NCBI GenBank assembly: GCA_963730935.1
Contig: CAVSTP010000002.1
Span: 480,001-544,000, forward strand
Length of the DNA: 64,000 nt
Source of the DNA: an uncultured Nitrospiraceae bacterium
GTDB lineage: Bacteria > Nitrospirota > Nitrospiria > Nitrospirales > Nitrospiraceae
Direction of reading: 5' to 3'
Shown here: one piece after another, positions 1 through 9,402 of the stretch
Numbering within the stretch: the first letter of the stretch is position 1
Layout: the number at the start of each line of letters is the position of its first letter
Made by a program: the position numbers and the translations under genes
Notes under the pieces: generated by a model
The model's database searches: none
What the model was told of the DNA's origin: nothing
The model's input: the letters and a program-made list of their open reading frames with translations, nothing else

Positions 1-1
1 T

Positions 2-115
2 GAAAAGGGGCGCCGCGCTGACGGTCGTGAAGAGGCATTGAACTTTGTGGCGGATTACCTGTCCAGTCTGATTACCGCGACGGAAATCGAATCGGCCAAA
101 ACCTCTGCCGCCTAG
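2..115 (+). CDS. 3' end of a gene entering from the left edge (product unknown)
   Basis: Frame 2 is open from the window start (EKGRRADGREEALNFVADYLSSLITATEIESAKTSAA*), with TAG at 113-115. Confidence 0.55.
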   Translation, partial: EKGRRADGREEALNFVADYLSSLITATEIESAKTSAA

Positions 116-178
116 TTCTCCCTCCTTCGGCAGCGCTCATTCCTTCCCGTCCGGTTGCAGGCCGAGTTGATTCACGTG

Positions 179-406
179 ATGCGCGAGTGGATCATTTTTG
201 CTCTGTGTTTGGGCGTCGGGGGTCATGTGGCCCTCGGTGTCATGTTGCACGCTCCCAACTTGTGGCCGTGGAGCACGGCCGGATTTTACGGCCTGTTGAG
301 CGGATTGGCCGTGTATGCCGTCGTCCAAGGAGGACGAGGGCTCTGGCGTTTCCTCCGGTCGTCCAAGACACGGGAACAACAGCCTTCATCCCGCAGCTCC
401 TGGTAA
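179..406 (+). CDS. small membrane protein (two predicted TM helices)
   Basis: Two hydrophobic segments (WIIFALCLGVGGHVALGVML; GFYGLLSGLAVYAVVQGG); ATG at 179 preferred over TTG at 155. Confidence 0.55.
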   Translation: MREWIIFALCLGVGGHVALGVMLHAPNLWPWSTAGFYGLLSGLAVYAVVQGGRGLWRFLRSSKTREQQPSSRSSW

Positions 407-453
407 GGCGCACGCATTGACCGTGCGAAGTCGCTTCCCTACAATTCATTGAT

Positions 454-729
454 ATGCCGTTTCCTCCAGGAAAACCGAGCGGTCCAGGATGGCCTCGTGG
501 CCTGACGGGGAAACCGGCAAGGCCGCGCACCACGGAACCACAAGATCAATTTGGATCGCTGCAGGCCTCACTGCTCTACTGCCCTCGCTGTCGGGTGGCT
601 ACGCCCACGCGAGAACGGTTGCTGCTGGTGCTTCCGACAGGCAACCTGTACGAATACCTCTGCCAGGAATGTGGAACCTCGACGGGATCCAAGACCGAAC
701 AGGAACGCGGCGGGATGCTACATCCCTAG
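454..729 (+). CDS. small Zn-ribbon protein
   Basis: CPRC...CQEC Cys pairs. Confidence 0.7.
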   Translation: MPFPPGKPSGPGWPRGLTGKPARPRTTEPQDQFGSLQASLLYCPRCRVATPTRERLLLVLPTGNLYEYLCQECGTSTGSKTEQERGGMLHP

Positions 730-772
730 AGCGTCCGTACAGTCCTGCGACCCAGGTATCAGGAAGCTGGGG

Positions 773-1063
773 CTAGAGGATCTGGTCGAGAGGAATGCCC
801 TCTTCGATCAGCATCACGGGGATATCTTCACGGATCGGGTACAGAATTTTTCGGTCGGCTCTGATCAAGCCGCCGTCCAGCAACTCGGTCACCGGCTTTT
901 GTGCCTTATTCTTCAACACACCGCGGCTGACGGCATCGTTCATCTTATTGATCAGCGCCTCATCCGCCAGGCTGACGTCGAGTTTTGTATCGGGACAACA
1001 CAGGATGGCCAGTAGGTCCTTGTCCACTTGCACAGGACGTTTACCGCTCGGCTGCTCTGCCAT
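773..1063 (-). CDS. Trm112-like (YcaR/UPF0434) protein
   Basis: LLAILCCP...YPIREDIPVML motif; ATG at 1063. Confidence 0.85.
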   Translation of the reverse strand: MAEQPSGKRPVQVDKDLLAILCCPDTKLDVSLADEALINKMNDAVSRGVLKNKAQKPVTELLDGGLIRADRKILYPIREDIPVMLIEEGIPLDQIL

Positions 1064-1202
1064 GAAGCCCTCACATCGACGACCTGAAACCGAGACAGGA
1101 TAAAACACCATTGTTCTGAGATCAAGACCGTGTTCGCACATCCACTTGGCGGGTATTTCTGTTACACTACGGCTAAGCTAAGCGCGTTCACCGCCGAAGA
1201 CC

Positions 1203-1817
1203 ATGAGGACAGTTTCACGCTATTTTTTGACCGGCCTGTTGGTGCTCTTGCCCACATGGGCGACATTTCTCATCCTGTCGGCGCTCCTATCGGCTGTCAA
1301 TCGCGCCATTGCGGACGTGCTTGGCCAGGTCGGCGTCATCGCCACGCCATTCATCGGGGTTTTGCTTTTCGTCCTTCTGGTCCTGGCAGCCGGCGCGTTC
1401 GGTACACACCTGCTGGGGAGTCGCATCATTGCCTCGATTGAACAATGGATCACCCAGATACCGCTCGTTCGCAGCATCTATCTCACGATCAAGGGTATGA
1501 CCGACCTGTTTCAGTTTCGATCGCGTTTCGGCCGGAGCACGGTCATCGCATTCCCCTTTCCCCGCGATGGAGTTTGGGCCTTGGGGTTCGTGATGGGGCC
1601 CGCGCCGCGGGCGGTGCAGATCGATCCTGCCACGACGTTATTGATGATTTTCGTTCCGACCGCTATTCATCCGTTCACCGGGTATCTGGCCTTCGTTCCG
1701 CATCTGCAGGTCCGCCCCCTCAATCTGCTTCCTGAAGATGCCATGAAAATGGAGTTCTCTGCCGGATTCTACAAGCCCGCAGAGGGTTGGCTCGCAGCTC
1801 CAAAAGCTACGGCGTAG
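1203..1817 (+). CDS. DUF502 membrane protein
   Basis: YFLTGLLVLLP N-terminus, IPLVRSIY, FVPTAIHPFTGYL. Confidence 0.85.
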   Translation: MRTVSRYFLTGLLVLLPTWATFLILSALLSAVNRAIADVLGQVGVIATPFIGVLLFVLLVLAAGAFGTHLLGSRIIASIEQWITQIPLVRSIYLTIKGMTDLFQFRSRFGRSTVIAFPFPRDGVWALGFVMGPAPRAVQIDPATTLLMIFVPTAIHPFTGYLAFVPHLQVRPLNLLPEDAMKMEFSAGFYKPAEGWLAAPKATA

Positions 1818-1821
1818 CATA

Positions 1822-2346
1822 ATGGATGTACTGCCCCAGCTGACCGTCCGACAAGCCGGCAGGGATGATGTGGATTCCATCGTCGCGTTCAGTGCCGCCA
1901 TGGCCTTGGAAACAGAACAGCGGCAACTCGATCAGGCGAGGCTTCGGGAAGGCACACAGTCGTTACTGAGCACGCCCTCTCTCGGCTTTTTCATGGTCGC
2001 GGAGGTGCAGATAGCCCAGCGGCCTGTGCTCGTCGGGCAATTGATGATTACGTACGAATGGAGCGACTGGCGAAACGGCGTCTTTTGGTGGATTCAAAGC
2101 GTCTATGTCGACCCTAACTGGCGGCGTCGAGGCGTCTTTCGCCGGATGCACGACGCAGTTGCCTCACAAGCAAAAGCCGACCCGAAGGTGTGCGGTATTC
2201 GGCTTTACGTGAAGCAAGACAATCATTCTGCTGAAACCGTTTACCAGCGTGTGGGCTTGGCTCGATCAGCGTACAGGGTGTACGAGGATGATTTCGTCCT
2301 GCCTAAAGAGCGCCCATCTCAGGCGCACAAAAAGGAGGTTCCATGA
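1822..2346 (+). CDS. GNAT family N-acetyltransferase
   Basis: TYEWSDWRNG, SVYVDPNWRRRGVF acetyl-CoA motif A. Confidence 0.9.
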   Translation: MDVLPQLTVRQAGRDDVDSIVAFSAAMALETEQRQLDQARLREGTQSLLSTPSLGFFMVAEVQIAQRPVLVGQLMITYEWSDWRNGVFWWIQSVYVDPNWRRRGVFRRMHDAVASQAKADPKVCGIRLYVKQDNHSAETVYQRVGLARSAYRVYEDDFVLPKERPSQAHKKEVP

Positions 2347-2717
2347 AGTGTGTTCGACCGCTGCTACTCCTTGTGGCAGTCGTCATCCTTACCGGAGGTT
2401 GTGCCTTCGTGCGAGGCACCTACGGAGAGGAGGTTAAGCCTCTGGACCTCTCCTCAATTAAAAAGGGAACGACGACACGAGCAGAGGTTGCGACCTTACT
2501 GGGAGCGCCTGAAAGAATCGTGGAGGTGAATGATCATGAGATTTTCCAATACTATCATTTCGATATGAAATCTGGTCTCCTTCTCTTTTTTTCGCGAACG
2601 AATGTCATAAGCGAGGACGTTTTTGTGTTTTTCGATAAAAATGGAATTGTAGAGGACATTGTTGTGGGCAAGAAGAAACCGGTTCCTGAAATGCAATTTT
2701 GGCCGTTCGGTGAGTAA
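2343..2717 (+). CDS. SmpA/OmlA (BamE-like) lipoprotein
   Basis: Signal peptide with lipobox TGGC; IKKGTTTRAEVATLLGAP motif; RBS AGGAGG with ATGA overlap. Confidence 0.7.
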   Translation: MKCVRPLLLLVAVVILTGGCAFVRGTYGEEVKPLDLSSIKKGTTTRAEVATLLGAPERIVEVNDHEIFQYYHFDMKSGLLLFFSRTNVISEDVFVFFDKNGIVEDIVVGKKKPVPEMQFWPFGE

Positions 2718-2743
2718 CGTCTGGCCAAAAGGATAAAGCCCCA

Positions 2744-3172
2744 ATGCGGTTTCTGGTCCGTCCTTTCGCACTCTGCCTTCTCGTTGCAAGTCTCTCAAGC
2801 TGTGGGCCGGTCATATGGCAGCGCCTGACTCTCAATCAACCCATTACGAAGGACGAAGTCGCATTTATTCATGAGGGGAAAACCTATCTGTCCGAGGTCG
2901 CAAAAGAGCTCGGTTCGCCAGATGAGATTCTCAACCTAAAGAATCGTCTGGTGGCCCGGTATCACTTCAGCGATACCAGATATTTTCGGATTAATTTTGG
3001 CTGGGGCCTTCGATTTTTTATCCCATACTATACTCCGGACCTGGTTCTCAGTGGAGGAGGGTCTGGGACTGACGTGTTTGATGTCGCCTGTGATTCTCAC
3101 CTTGTCGTTCAAGAGACATCGTTTGCTTTTCACAAAAGCTCCTCACGTTTTAACTTTTGGCCCTGGGACTAG
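2744..3172 (+). CDS. lipoprotein, divergent SmpA/OmlA-like
   Basis: Lipobox LSSC; IHEGKTYLSEVAKELGSPD resembles the motif in the upstream paralogue. Confidence 0.6.
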   Translation: MRFLVRPFALCLLVASLSSCGPVIWQRLTLNQPITKDEVAFIHEGKTYLSEVAKELGSPDEILNLKNRLVARYHFSDTRYFRINFGWGLRFFIPYYTPDLVLSGGGSGTDVFDVACDSHLVVQETSFAFHKSSSRFNFWPWD

Positions 3173-3267
3173 GATAAGATCGCCGCTCAGAAGCAGAACT
3201 TGCATTGCCTGGAATTGCCGCCTCCGGCTTGTCCCGCTATAATCCCGCTCTACCGCAGCATCGACAT

Positions 3268-4470
3268 ATGATCTCACTTCGACCAGTTTTCCGACATGCT
3301 TTGACGCTGGCGCTGTGTTGTCTGCTGGCGTCCTGCAGCATCAAGGCCCATGCGAGCGACCCTCAAGACTCCCGCATGCGGGTGCGCGATCTCGGTATCG
3401 TCATTGGCACCTATGCCACGGGTCCTCTCAACGCGATTACGGACGTCGCGGGCGTCAAAGTCGGGCACACGACTCTAATCTCTGGCGATGGGCCGTTGAA
3501 GCCAGGTGTTGGCCCGGTTCGGACAGGCGTCACCGTCGTCATTCCTCGGGATGACGTCTGGCACAAGAAGGTCCCGGCGGGCTCATTCGTCCTGAATGGC
3601 ACGGGCGAGATGACCGGACTGGCCTGGGTAAGCGAGGCGGGGTTTTTGGAGTATCCGATCGCGCTCACCAACACGTTGAACGTGCCACGCGTGGCCAATG
3701 GCGTGATGACTTGGATGATCGGGCAATATCCGGGGATTGGCATCACCGACGACACTTTAACTCCGGTTGTCGCAGAATGCGACGACGGCCGCCTCAACGA
3801 TATTCAGGGACGGCACGTCTCGGAAACCGACGTCGTCGAGGCGCTTAACGGCGCTACAAGCGGTCCGGTGAAAGAAGGGACGGTCGGAGCAGGCACGGGC
3901 ATGGTGTCGTTTGGATTCAAGGGAGGGATCGGGAGCGCCTCGCGAAAGCTTCCTGATCCGGAGGGCGGTTATACGGTCGGGGTACTCGTCAACGCCAATC
4001 ATGGCCGGAAGCCGGAGTTGATCGTCGCAGGCGTACCGGTCGGCCGGTTATACGACGCCTCGCCTGCCGCGACGACGACGGCGGAGCCAGGCCAGAGCGA
4101 AGGTTCAATTATCATCATCGTGGCCACTGATGCGCCGCTCGATGCGAGGCAGCTCAACAGGCTCGCCAAGCGAGCCGCGTTAGGGCTGGCCCGGACCGGG
4201 TCAACAGCTCGTCACGGAAGCGGCGACTTCATTCTCGCCTTCTCTACGGCAAACGTCATACCACACTATCCCGAACAACCGACCTATCCTCTGACCCACC
4301 TCGCGGATACACACATGAATCCTCTCATCGCCGCGACGGTCGAAACCACAGAGGAAGCGATCGTGAATGCGTTGACCATGGCCACGACGATCGTTGGACG
4401 CGATGGCCACAGGGTTGAAGCCATTTCGCTTACACGGCTCCGCGACCTTCTCGCGTCGCGCACGCCTTGA
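3268..4470 (+). CDS. DmpA/P1 (S58) family aminopeptidase, exported, probably a lipoprotein
   Basis: NAITDVAGVKVGH, RTGVT, GTVGAGTGM, EG|SIII autoprocessing site, HGSGD; lipobox-like LASC. Confidence 0.9.
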   Translation: MISLRPVFRHALTLALCCLLASCSIKAHASDPQDSRMRVRDLGIVIGTYATGPLNAITDVAGVKVGHTTLISGDGPLKPGVGPVRTGVTVVIPRDDVWHKKVPAGSFVLNGTGEMTGLAWVSEAGFLEYPIALTNTLNVPRVANGVMTWMIGQYPGIGITDDTLTPVVAECDDGRLNDIQGRHVSETDVVEALNGATSGPVKEGTVGAGTGMVSFGFKGGIGSASRKLPDPEGGYTVGVLVNANHGRKPELIVAGVPVGRLYDASPAATTTAEPGQSEGSIIIIVATDAPLDARQLNRLAKRAALGLARTGSTARHGSGDFILAFSTANVIPHYPEQPTYPLTHLADTHMNPLIAATVETTEEAIVNALTMATTIVGRDGHRVEAISLTRLRDLLASRTP

Positions 4471-4546
4471 GAGGTCGACGTGAAGCGCTTGCATTTTCGT
4501 TGGTCCGCTGGCTATTCTCACGCCGCGTCTCGATGGGGAGGACGGA

Positions 4547-4774
4547 ATGAACGAATATCAAATCGGTGGCGGCCTTCGGTTGTTGACGGCCGTTGAAAAA
4601 ACCGATGCCTTCGGCGAGTTTCTAAAGACCAGGATGGTGCGGGCGCTCGAGACGGAAGATCCCACGGAGCTGCATTACTTGCTTGCCCAGTTAGATGACT
4701 ATCACTCTTACATGTGGCGCTACTATAAGAAGCTTGCGAAAGATCGAGCTGAGCGGATGAATCCCGGCGTGTAG
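4547..4774 (+). CDS. small hypothetical protein
   Basis: RBS GGGGAGG; protein-like helical composition; co-oriented with the FIST gene. Confidence 0.75.
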   Translation: MNEYQIGGGLRLLTAVEKTDAFGEFLKTRMVRALETEDPTELHYLLAQLDDYHSYMWRYYKKLAKDRAERMNPGV

Positions 4775-4784
4775 GTTCAGATCC

Positions 4785-5996
4785 ATGGTGACGCAAGAGA
4801 TTCAAAGCCAAACCACGACCGGCCTCCGGTTCGCGTCGACCCTGTCCAGGAAAACCGATACAGAAGCAGCCGTTCGCGATCTCGCCGATGCGGTACGGAT
4901 GCAAATCGGTCAGGGAGCGATTCACCTGGCCTTTGTGTTTTTCTCCCCCCATCATGCCCAGAAAGTCGATCTCATCGCGCGGATGATCCGCGAAGAATTG
5001 TCCATAGACGTCTGCCTCGGCTGTTCGGGGGAAGGGGTGATCGCCGATGCGGAGGAATTGGAAACGTCCCCGGCATTGACGCTCTGGGTCGCGTGCCTCC
5101 CGCAGGTCCGCCTGACTCCGCTGCGGTTGGCCTTTTCGGAGATTCACGATCAAATCCATATGCCGGGATGGCCGGAGCCGAGCGCAGAATCGAGCACCTT
5201 CATCCTTCTGGCCGACCCTTTCACAACGCCCATTCACGATGTCCTCTCCGTCATAGCCGAACGCTACCCGAACGCGCAAGCAGTCGGAGGGTTGGCGGGA
5301 GGTGGTCGTGGCCCCGGAGACAATCGGCTCCTGAAGAATGGCGAGGTCTTCGACGGAGGAGTGGTCGGAGTGCAACTCTCGGGACCCATCGCCATCAGGA
5401 CCGTGATCTCGCAGGGTTGTTGTCCGATTGGAGAGCGGTATGTGGTCACCCGGGCGGAGCAGAACATGGTGTTCGAACTTGGGGGTAAACCTGCATTGAC
5501 TCGTCTGCAGGAAGTGTTCGAATCGCTGGAAGGAACCACTCGGCGGGATGCTCATCGTGCATTGCACATCGGCATCGCCATCGATGAGCATCGCAGCCGT
5601 TTTGAGCGCGGCGATTTCTTGGTGCGCAACCTTGTGGGAGCAGATCAACAAGCCGGGGCAATCGCCATCGGGGATCTCGTACAAGAGGGCCAAACGGTTC
5701 AGTTTCAGCTTCGTGACGCCAAATCCGCGAGCGACGATCTTCACGTGCTTCTCGCCGCTGATCGCTCAAAGCACCGAAAGCCGCCGTTAGGCGCGCTGCT
5801 GTTCAGCTGCTGCGGGCGAGGCGAAGGCCTCTTCGGGCAAACCCATCACGACAGCAGGGTTGTGCAGGAACGCGTGGGACCGATTCCGGTTGCGGGGTTC
5901 TTCGCACAAGGGGAGATCGGTCCGGTAGGTGGGAAAAACTTTCTTCACGGCTATACGGCAAGCGTCGCCCTTTTCTCACGGCCGGATGAGAATTAA
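4785..5996 (+). CDS. FIST N/C domain protein (NosP-like sensor family)
   Basis: GCSGEGVI, GGLAGG, VISQGCCPIG, LFSCCGRG, GFFAQGEIGP, HGYTAS motifs. Confidence 0.9.
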   Translation: MVTQEIQSQTTTGLRFASTLSRKTDTEAAVRDLADAVRMQIGQGAIHLAFVFFSPHHAQKVDLIARMIREELSIDVCLGCSGEGVIADAEELETSPALTLWVACLPQVRLTPLRLAFSEIHDQIHMPGWPEPSAESSTFILLADPFTTPIHDVLSVIAERYPNAQAVGGLAGGGRGPGDNRLLKNGEVFDGGVVGVQLSGPIAIRTVISQGCCPIGERYVVTRAEQNMVFELGGKPALTRLQEVFESLEGTTRRDAHRALHIGIAIDEHRSRFERGDFLVRNLVGADQQAGAIAIGDLVQEGQTVQFQLRDAKSASDDLHVLLAADRSKHRKPPLGALLFSCCGRGEGLFGQTHHDSRVVQERVGPIPVAGFFAQGEIGPVGGKNFLHGYTASVALFSRPDEN

Positions 5997-6026
5997 GCAC
6001 CAAGACCATGCGGACAAGGAGTACTC

Positions 6027-6395
6027 ATGCCATCTGAACAAGCAGGACCTGAGGGCAAAGAGGTCACGACGTCGTCTGGGTTGCAGTACATTGATCTCAA
6101 GGTCGGGACCGATGCCACCGCTCAAGCCGGCCAGACTGTCACGGTGCATTACACCGGCTGGTTGGAAAACGGGAAGAAGTTCGACAGCTCCATCGATCGG
6201 GGTCAGCCCTTTTCCTTTCCGCTGGGCGCGGGGCGTGTGATCAAGGGATGGGATGAAGGCGTGCAAGGCATGAAGGTGGGAGGCAAGCGTAAACTGATCA
6301 TCCCCTCCAATCTCGGGTATGGGGCCCGGGGCGCCGGCGGCGCGATTCCACCGAATGCCACTCTCATTTTTGAAGTGGAACTCCTCGGCGTCTGA
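6027..6395 (+). CDS. FKBP-type peptidyl-prolyl cis-trans isomerase
   Basis: [38 protein letters not shown]. Confidence 0.97.
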   Translation: MPSEQAGPEGKEVTTSSGLQYIDLKVGTDATAQAGQTVTVHYTGWLENGKKFDSSIDRGQPFSFPLGAGRVIKGWDEGVQGMKVGGKRKLIIPSNLGYGARGAGGAIPPNATLIFEVELLGV

Positions 6396-6416
6396 CCTCT
6401 CCACTGTTTCTACGTC

Positions 6417-7526
6417 ATGAAACACACTCCGCTGATCGAACAGCATCGTGTGGATGGAGCGAAGCTCGTCGATTTCGCCGGATGGGAGATGCCCATACAG
6501 TACGCGAGCGTGATCGACGAATATCACGCTGTGCGGTCGGCCGCCGGGCTTTTCGATGTCAGTCACATGGCGCGCATTACCGTCTCTGGCCAAACGAGTC
6601 GGGCCTTTCTTCAGCGGATGACCACGAACAACGTTTCGGCCCTGGCACCCGGACAGGCTCATTACTCGATGGTGTGTAACGAGAACGGCGGCATCAAGGA
6701 CGATATCTTCGTCTACCGCACCGGGGACACCGAGTATTTGCTGTGCGTCAACGCCTCCAACCGCGAGAAGATCCTGGCCTGGCTGTTGGAGCATCGAACG
6801 GCGGACGACCGGTGCCAGATCGAGGACCGTACCGCCGCGCTCGCCCAGATCGCGATCCAGGGACCAGCGTCACGCGACATCCTCGTGGCCGCCGGAGCCG
6901 AAGGGATCGCCGAACTGAAAATGCACCACTGCCGCGACATTCGAGTCGCCGGCATGCGGTGCTTCGTGGCCAGAACGGGTTACAGTGGAGAGCTCGGTTA
7001 CGAACTGAATGTGCCGGCAAGCCAAGCGGTAGATTTCTGGAAATGCTTGTTGCGGGAAGGAGCCGAAAAAGGTCTCAAACCAGCGGGGCTTGGCGCGCGG
7101 GATCTATTACGTCTGGAAATGGCGTATTTGTTGTACGGGAACGACATCGGCGAAGAGACGACGCCGATTGAGGCAGGAGCCGCGTGGGCGGTGAACTTCG
7201 AGAAAGGAGACTTTCTGGGGCGTTCGCCGCTACAACGGCAAACGCAACAGGGCCCATCTCGTCGATTAGTGGCATTCGAGTTGCTGCAGAAATCGGTGCC
7301 TCGTCACGGCTTCCGCATTCTTGATCCTGCATCGTCCCAACCTATTGGAGAAGTCACCAGTGGAAATCTTTCGCCTCTCCTTCAGAAGGGAATCGGATTA
7401 GGATACGTACCGACGGCATTCGCCAAACCCGACACGGCGTGCTCAGTCGACATTCGCGGGAAAATTCTCCCAGCTGTCACCGTAAAGCCGCCCTTTTACC
7501 GAAAGGCGAAGACGGCGCATCATTGA
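6417..7526 (+). CDS. gcvT: glycine cleavage system T protein (aminomethyltransferase)
   Basis: FAGWEMPIQY, GLFDVSHM, RTGYSGELGYE, GLGARDLLRLE. Confidence 0.96.
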   Translation: MKHTPLIEQHRVDGAKLVDFAGWEMPIQYASVIDEYHAVRSAAGLFDVSHMARITVSGQTSRAFLQRMTTNNVSALAPGQAHYSMVCNENGGIKDDIFVYRTGDTEYLLCVNASNREKILAWLLEHRTADDRCQIEDRTAALAQIAIQGPASRDILVAAGAEGIAELKMHHCRDIRVAGMRCFVARTGYSGELGYELNVPASQAVDFWKCLLREGAEKGLKPAGLGARDLLRLEMAYLLYGNDIGEETTPIEAGAAWAVNFEKGDFLGRSPLQRQTQQGPSRRLVAFELLQKSVPRHGFRILDPASSQPIGEVTSGNLSPLLQKGIGLGYVPTAFAKPDTACSVDIRGKILPAVTVKPPFYRKAKTAHH

Positions 7527-7564
7527 AACCGGGTAGGTACACGAATGGGCGGCGGTGAGCCCCA

Positions 7565-8083
7565 ATGCACATGAGCAAGAGCAAGAACATCTTTACGGGA
7601 AAGGTCCTCACGCTCAACATCGATACCGTCACACTGCCAAACGGCGTCACAATCGATCTGGAAATCGTTCGTCATCCGGGCGCCGCCGCTGTGGTCCCTC
7701 TCAAGGACAACGGGATGGTCGTGTTGATCAAACAGCTGCGCCATGCGGCTGGGGGATTCATCTATGAGATCCCGGCAGGAAAACTTGACCGAGGTGAAGA
7801 TCCGCTGCACTGCGCGGCGCGGGAGCTCGAGGAGGAAATCGGCTACATCGCGGGGCGTCTGGAGCGTCTCACGAGCATTCTGACTGCCCCAGGCTTTACG
7901 GACGAGGTCATCCATATCTACAAAGCGACCGGTCTGACAGCGGGTCGGCAACAGTTGGATCGTGACGAAATTCTCGAGGTCCTGGAAATCTCGCTTGAGG
8001 AGGCAATCAAGATGATTGAAGCCGGAACGATCCGAGATGCGAAAACAATTGTGGGATTACAGTTGGTGAGTCGTGGAAGATGA
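7565..8083 (+). CDS. NUDIX hydrolase (ADP-ribose pyrophosphatase-like)
   Basis: Nudix box EIPAGKLDRGEDPLHCAARELEEEIG; DAKT. Confidence 0.93.
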   Translation: MHMSKSKNIFTGKVLTLNIDTVTLPNGVTIDLEIVRHPGAAAVVPLKDNGMVVLIKQLRHAAGGFIYEIPAGKLDRGEDPLHCAARELEEEIGYIAGRLERLTSILTAPGFTDEVIHIYKATGLTAGRQQLDRDEILEVLEISLEEAIKMIEAGTIRDAKTIVGLQLVSRGR

Positions 8084-8091
8084 CCTGAGTA

Positions 8092-8130
8092 CTTAAGGAG
8101 CCGTCCGCTTTTGGCGGAAGGCTCCTCAAG
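8092..8130. terminator. hairpin between convergent genes, possible bidirectional terminator
   Basis: AGGAGCCGTCCGC-TTTTG-GCGGAAGGCTCCT imperfect stem. Confidence 0.5.
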
Positions 8131-8154
8131 CTAGCTAGCCTCGCCTTAAGGGGA

Positions 8155-8382
8155 TTACTTACCCTTCTTCTCGTCCTTCTTATCCTTCTTCTCGTCGCCG
8201 AAGGTGTCCATCTGGCCACCCTTCTTCTCGTCCTTCTTGTCCTTCTTCTCATCGCCGTACACGAGGACGTGACCGCCCTTCTTCTCATCTTTCTTGTCCT
8301 TCTTCTCCTCACCGGCGAACGAAGGAGCGCTGAAGGAAATCGCCACCGCCACTGCCATAATTGCCAACAACATGCGCTTCAT
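8155..8382 (-). CDS. small secreted low-complexity protein with three GD/EEKKDKKDEKKG repeats
   Basis: Sec signal peptide ending SFA; RBS GGGAGGT; three repeats at a 19-aa period. Confidence 0.85.
   Translation of the reverse strand: MKRMLLAIMAVAVAISFSAPSFAGEEKKDKKDEKKGGHVLVYGDEKKDKKDEKKGGQMDTFGDEKKDKKDEKKGK
8158..8313 (-). repeat. three coding tandem repeats, 57-bp period
   Basis: CCCTTCTTCTCRTCYTTCTTRTCCTTCTTCTC recurs three times on the + strand. Confidence 0.9.
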
Positions 8383-8441
8383 AACTTGTCACCTCCCGTG
8401 ATTGGTAAAGTGTGCCCTTCCGTGGGCACTACTGGGGTCTC

Positions 8442-8458
8442 AGCAAGCTTGGTGCCCA
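8442..8458 (-). promoter_or_regulatory. sigma54 (RpoN) -24/-12 promoter
   Basis: Minus strand reads TGGGCACCAAGCTTGCT: GG-N10-GC with GGCAC and TTGCT. Confidence 0.75.
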
Positions 8459-8485
8459 GTGGTTTTCGTAACTAGTCTTGAAATA

Positions 8486-8498
8486 AATCAACGACTTG
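8486..8498. promoter_or_regulatory. IHF binding site
   Basis: AATCAACGACTTG matches WATCAANNNNTTR exactly, about 30 bp upstream of the sigma54 site. Confidence 0.7.
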
Positions 8499-8601
8499 TT
8501 GCCTTGATAGCCACCCGGTCGCCTCATCGATCCACCGGAAATACTGTGGCAGAATAGCCGGCCTCGGCTAAACTGCCTCAGCTCCAAACGCTGTGACGCA
8601 A

Positions 8602-9165
8602 ATGGCCACCTCACCGGCTCAGCCAGGGCAGCTCCTAGACCACCTGCGGCCAGGGGCGTCTATCGTGTTTGTGGGCATCAACCCAGGGGCTCGATCAGCC
8701 GCCGTGGGACACCATTTTGCGGGCGCTTCGAACCGCTTTTGGAAACTCCTCTTCGATTCTGGCCTGATCGATGAGCCGCTCACCTATAGGGAGGATTGGC
8801 GGCTCCCCGAGTGGCGGCTTGGGCTGACCAATATCATCGGACGAAGCAGTGTCGGCATTGGTGAATTGAGTCCCGCAGAGTACCTGGCAGGACTTGGTGC
8901 GCTCGAGCGAAAAATCCGTCGCTACCGACCTCGAACCGTCGCGTTCCTGGGAGTGACCATCTATCGGATGCTGTTCCCTCACCTGTGTGGATTAACGCTG
9001 CTCAATCTTGGGCCTACCAAGGCTCGGTTGGCCGGCGCACCGGTGTTTTTGCTCCCGAACCCGAGTGGGCGAAATGCACATTATTCGTACGATCAAATGC
9101 TCAGCGCGTTTATCATGCTGCGCAAACACACGCACCGATCCAGCCAGAACAATCGTCGTGCATGA
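8602..9165 (+). CDS. mug: G/U mismatch-specific DNA glycosylase
   Basis: VFVGINPG, GHHFAGASNRFWKLL, LPNPSGRN. Confidence 0.92.
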   Translation: MATSPAQPGQLLDHLRPGASIVFVGINPGARSAAVGHHFAGASNRFWKLLFDSGLIDEPLTYREDWRLPEWRLGLTNIIGRSSVGIGELSPAEYLAGLGALERKIRRYRPRTVAFLGVTIYRMLFPHLCGLTLLNLGPTKARLAGAPVFLLPNPSGRNAHYSYDQMLSAFIMLRKHTHRSSQNNRRA

Positions 9166-9402
9166 ACTGTTCGATTCGCCGCAAAACCGAGAGCATTTTC
9201 AGTTCCCTCCGGAAGTCGAATCCGTCCGCACTGAAAACAGCATTTCGTGATTGCCGCTCGGTAGGCGCCCCCGTCACTCGTCGTCATCTCTCTCCTGGAA
9301 CAGCCTGGCCAATCGTGCTATCTTCATCGCGCCAGAAAGTCGCTCGTCACTGGGTGATTGGCCACAGAGGAACGTATCTCCTCGTCAACCGCGGAGCCAT
9401 GT

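Noticed and set aside
8158..8313. CRISPR-like repeat/spacer pattern
   Set aside because: The repeats are in-frame coding units with synonymous variation and ~15-bp spacers, and there are no cas genes.
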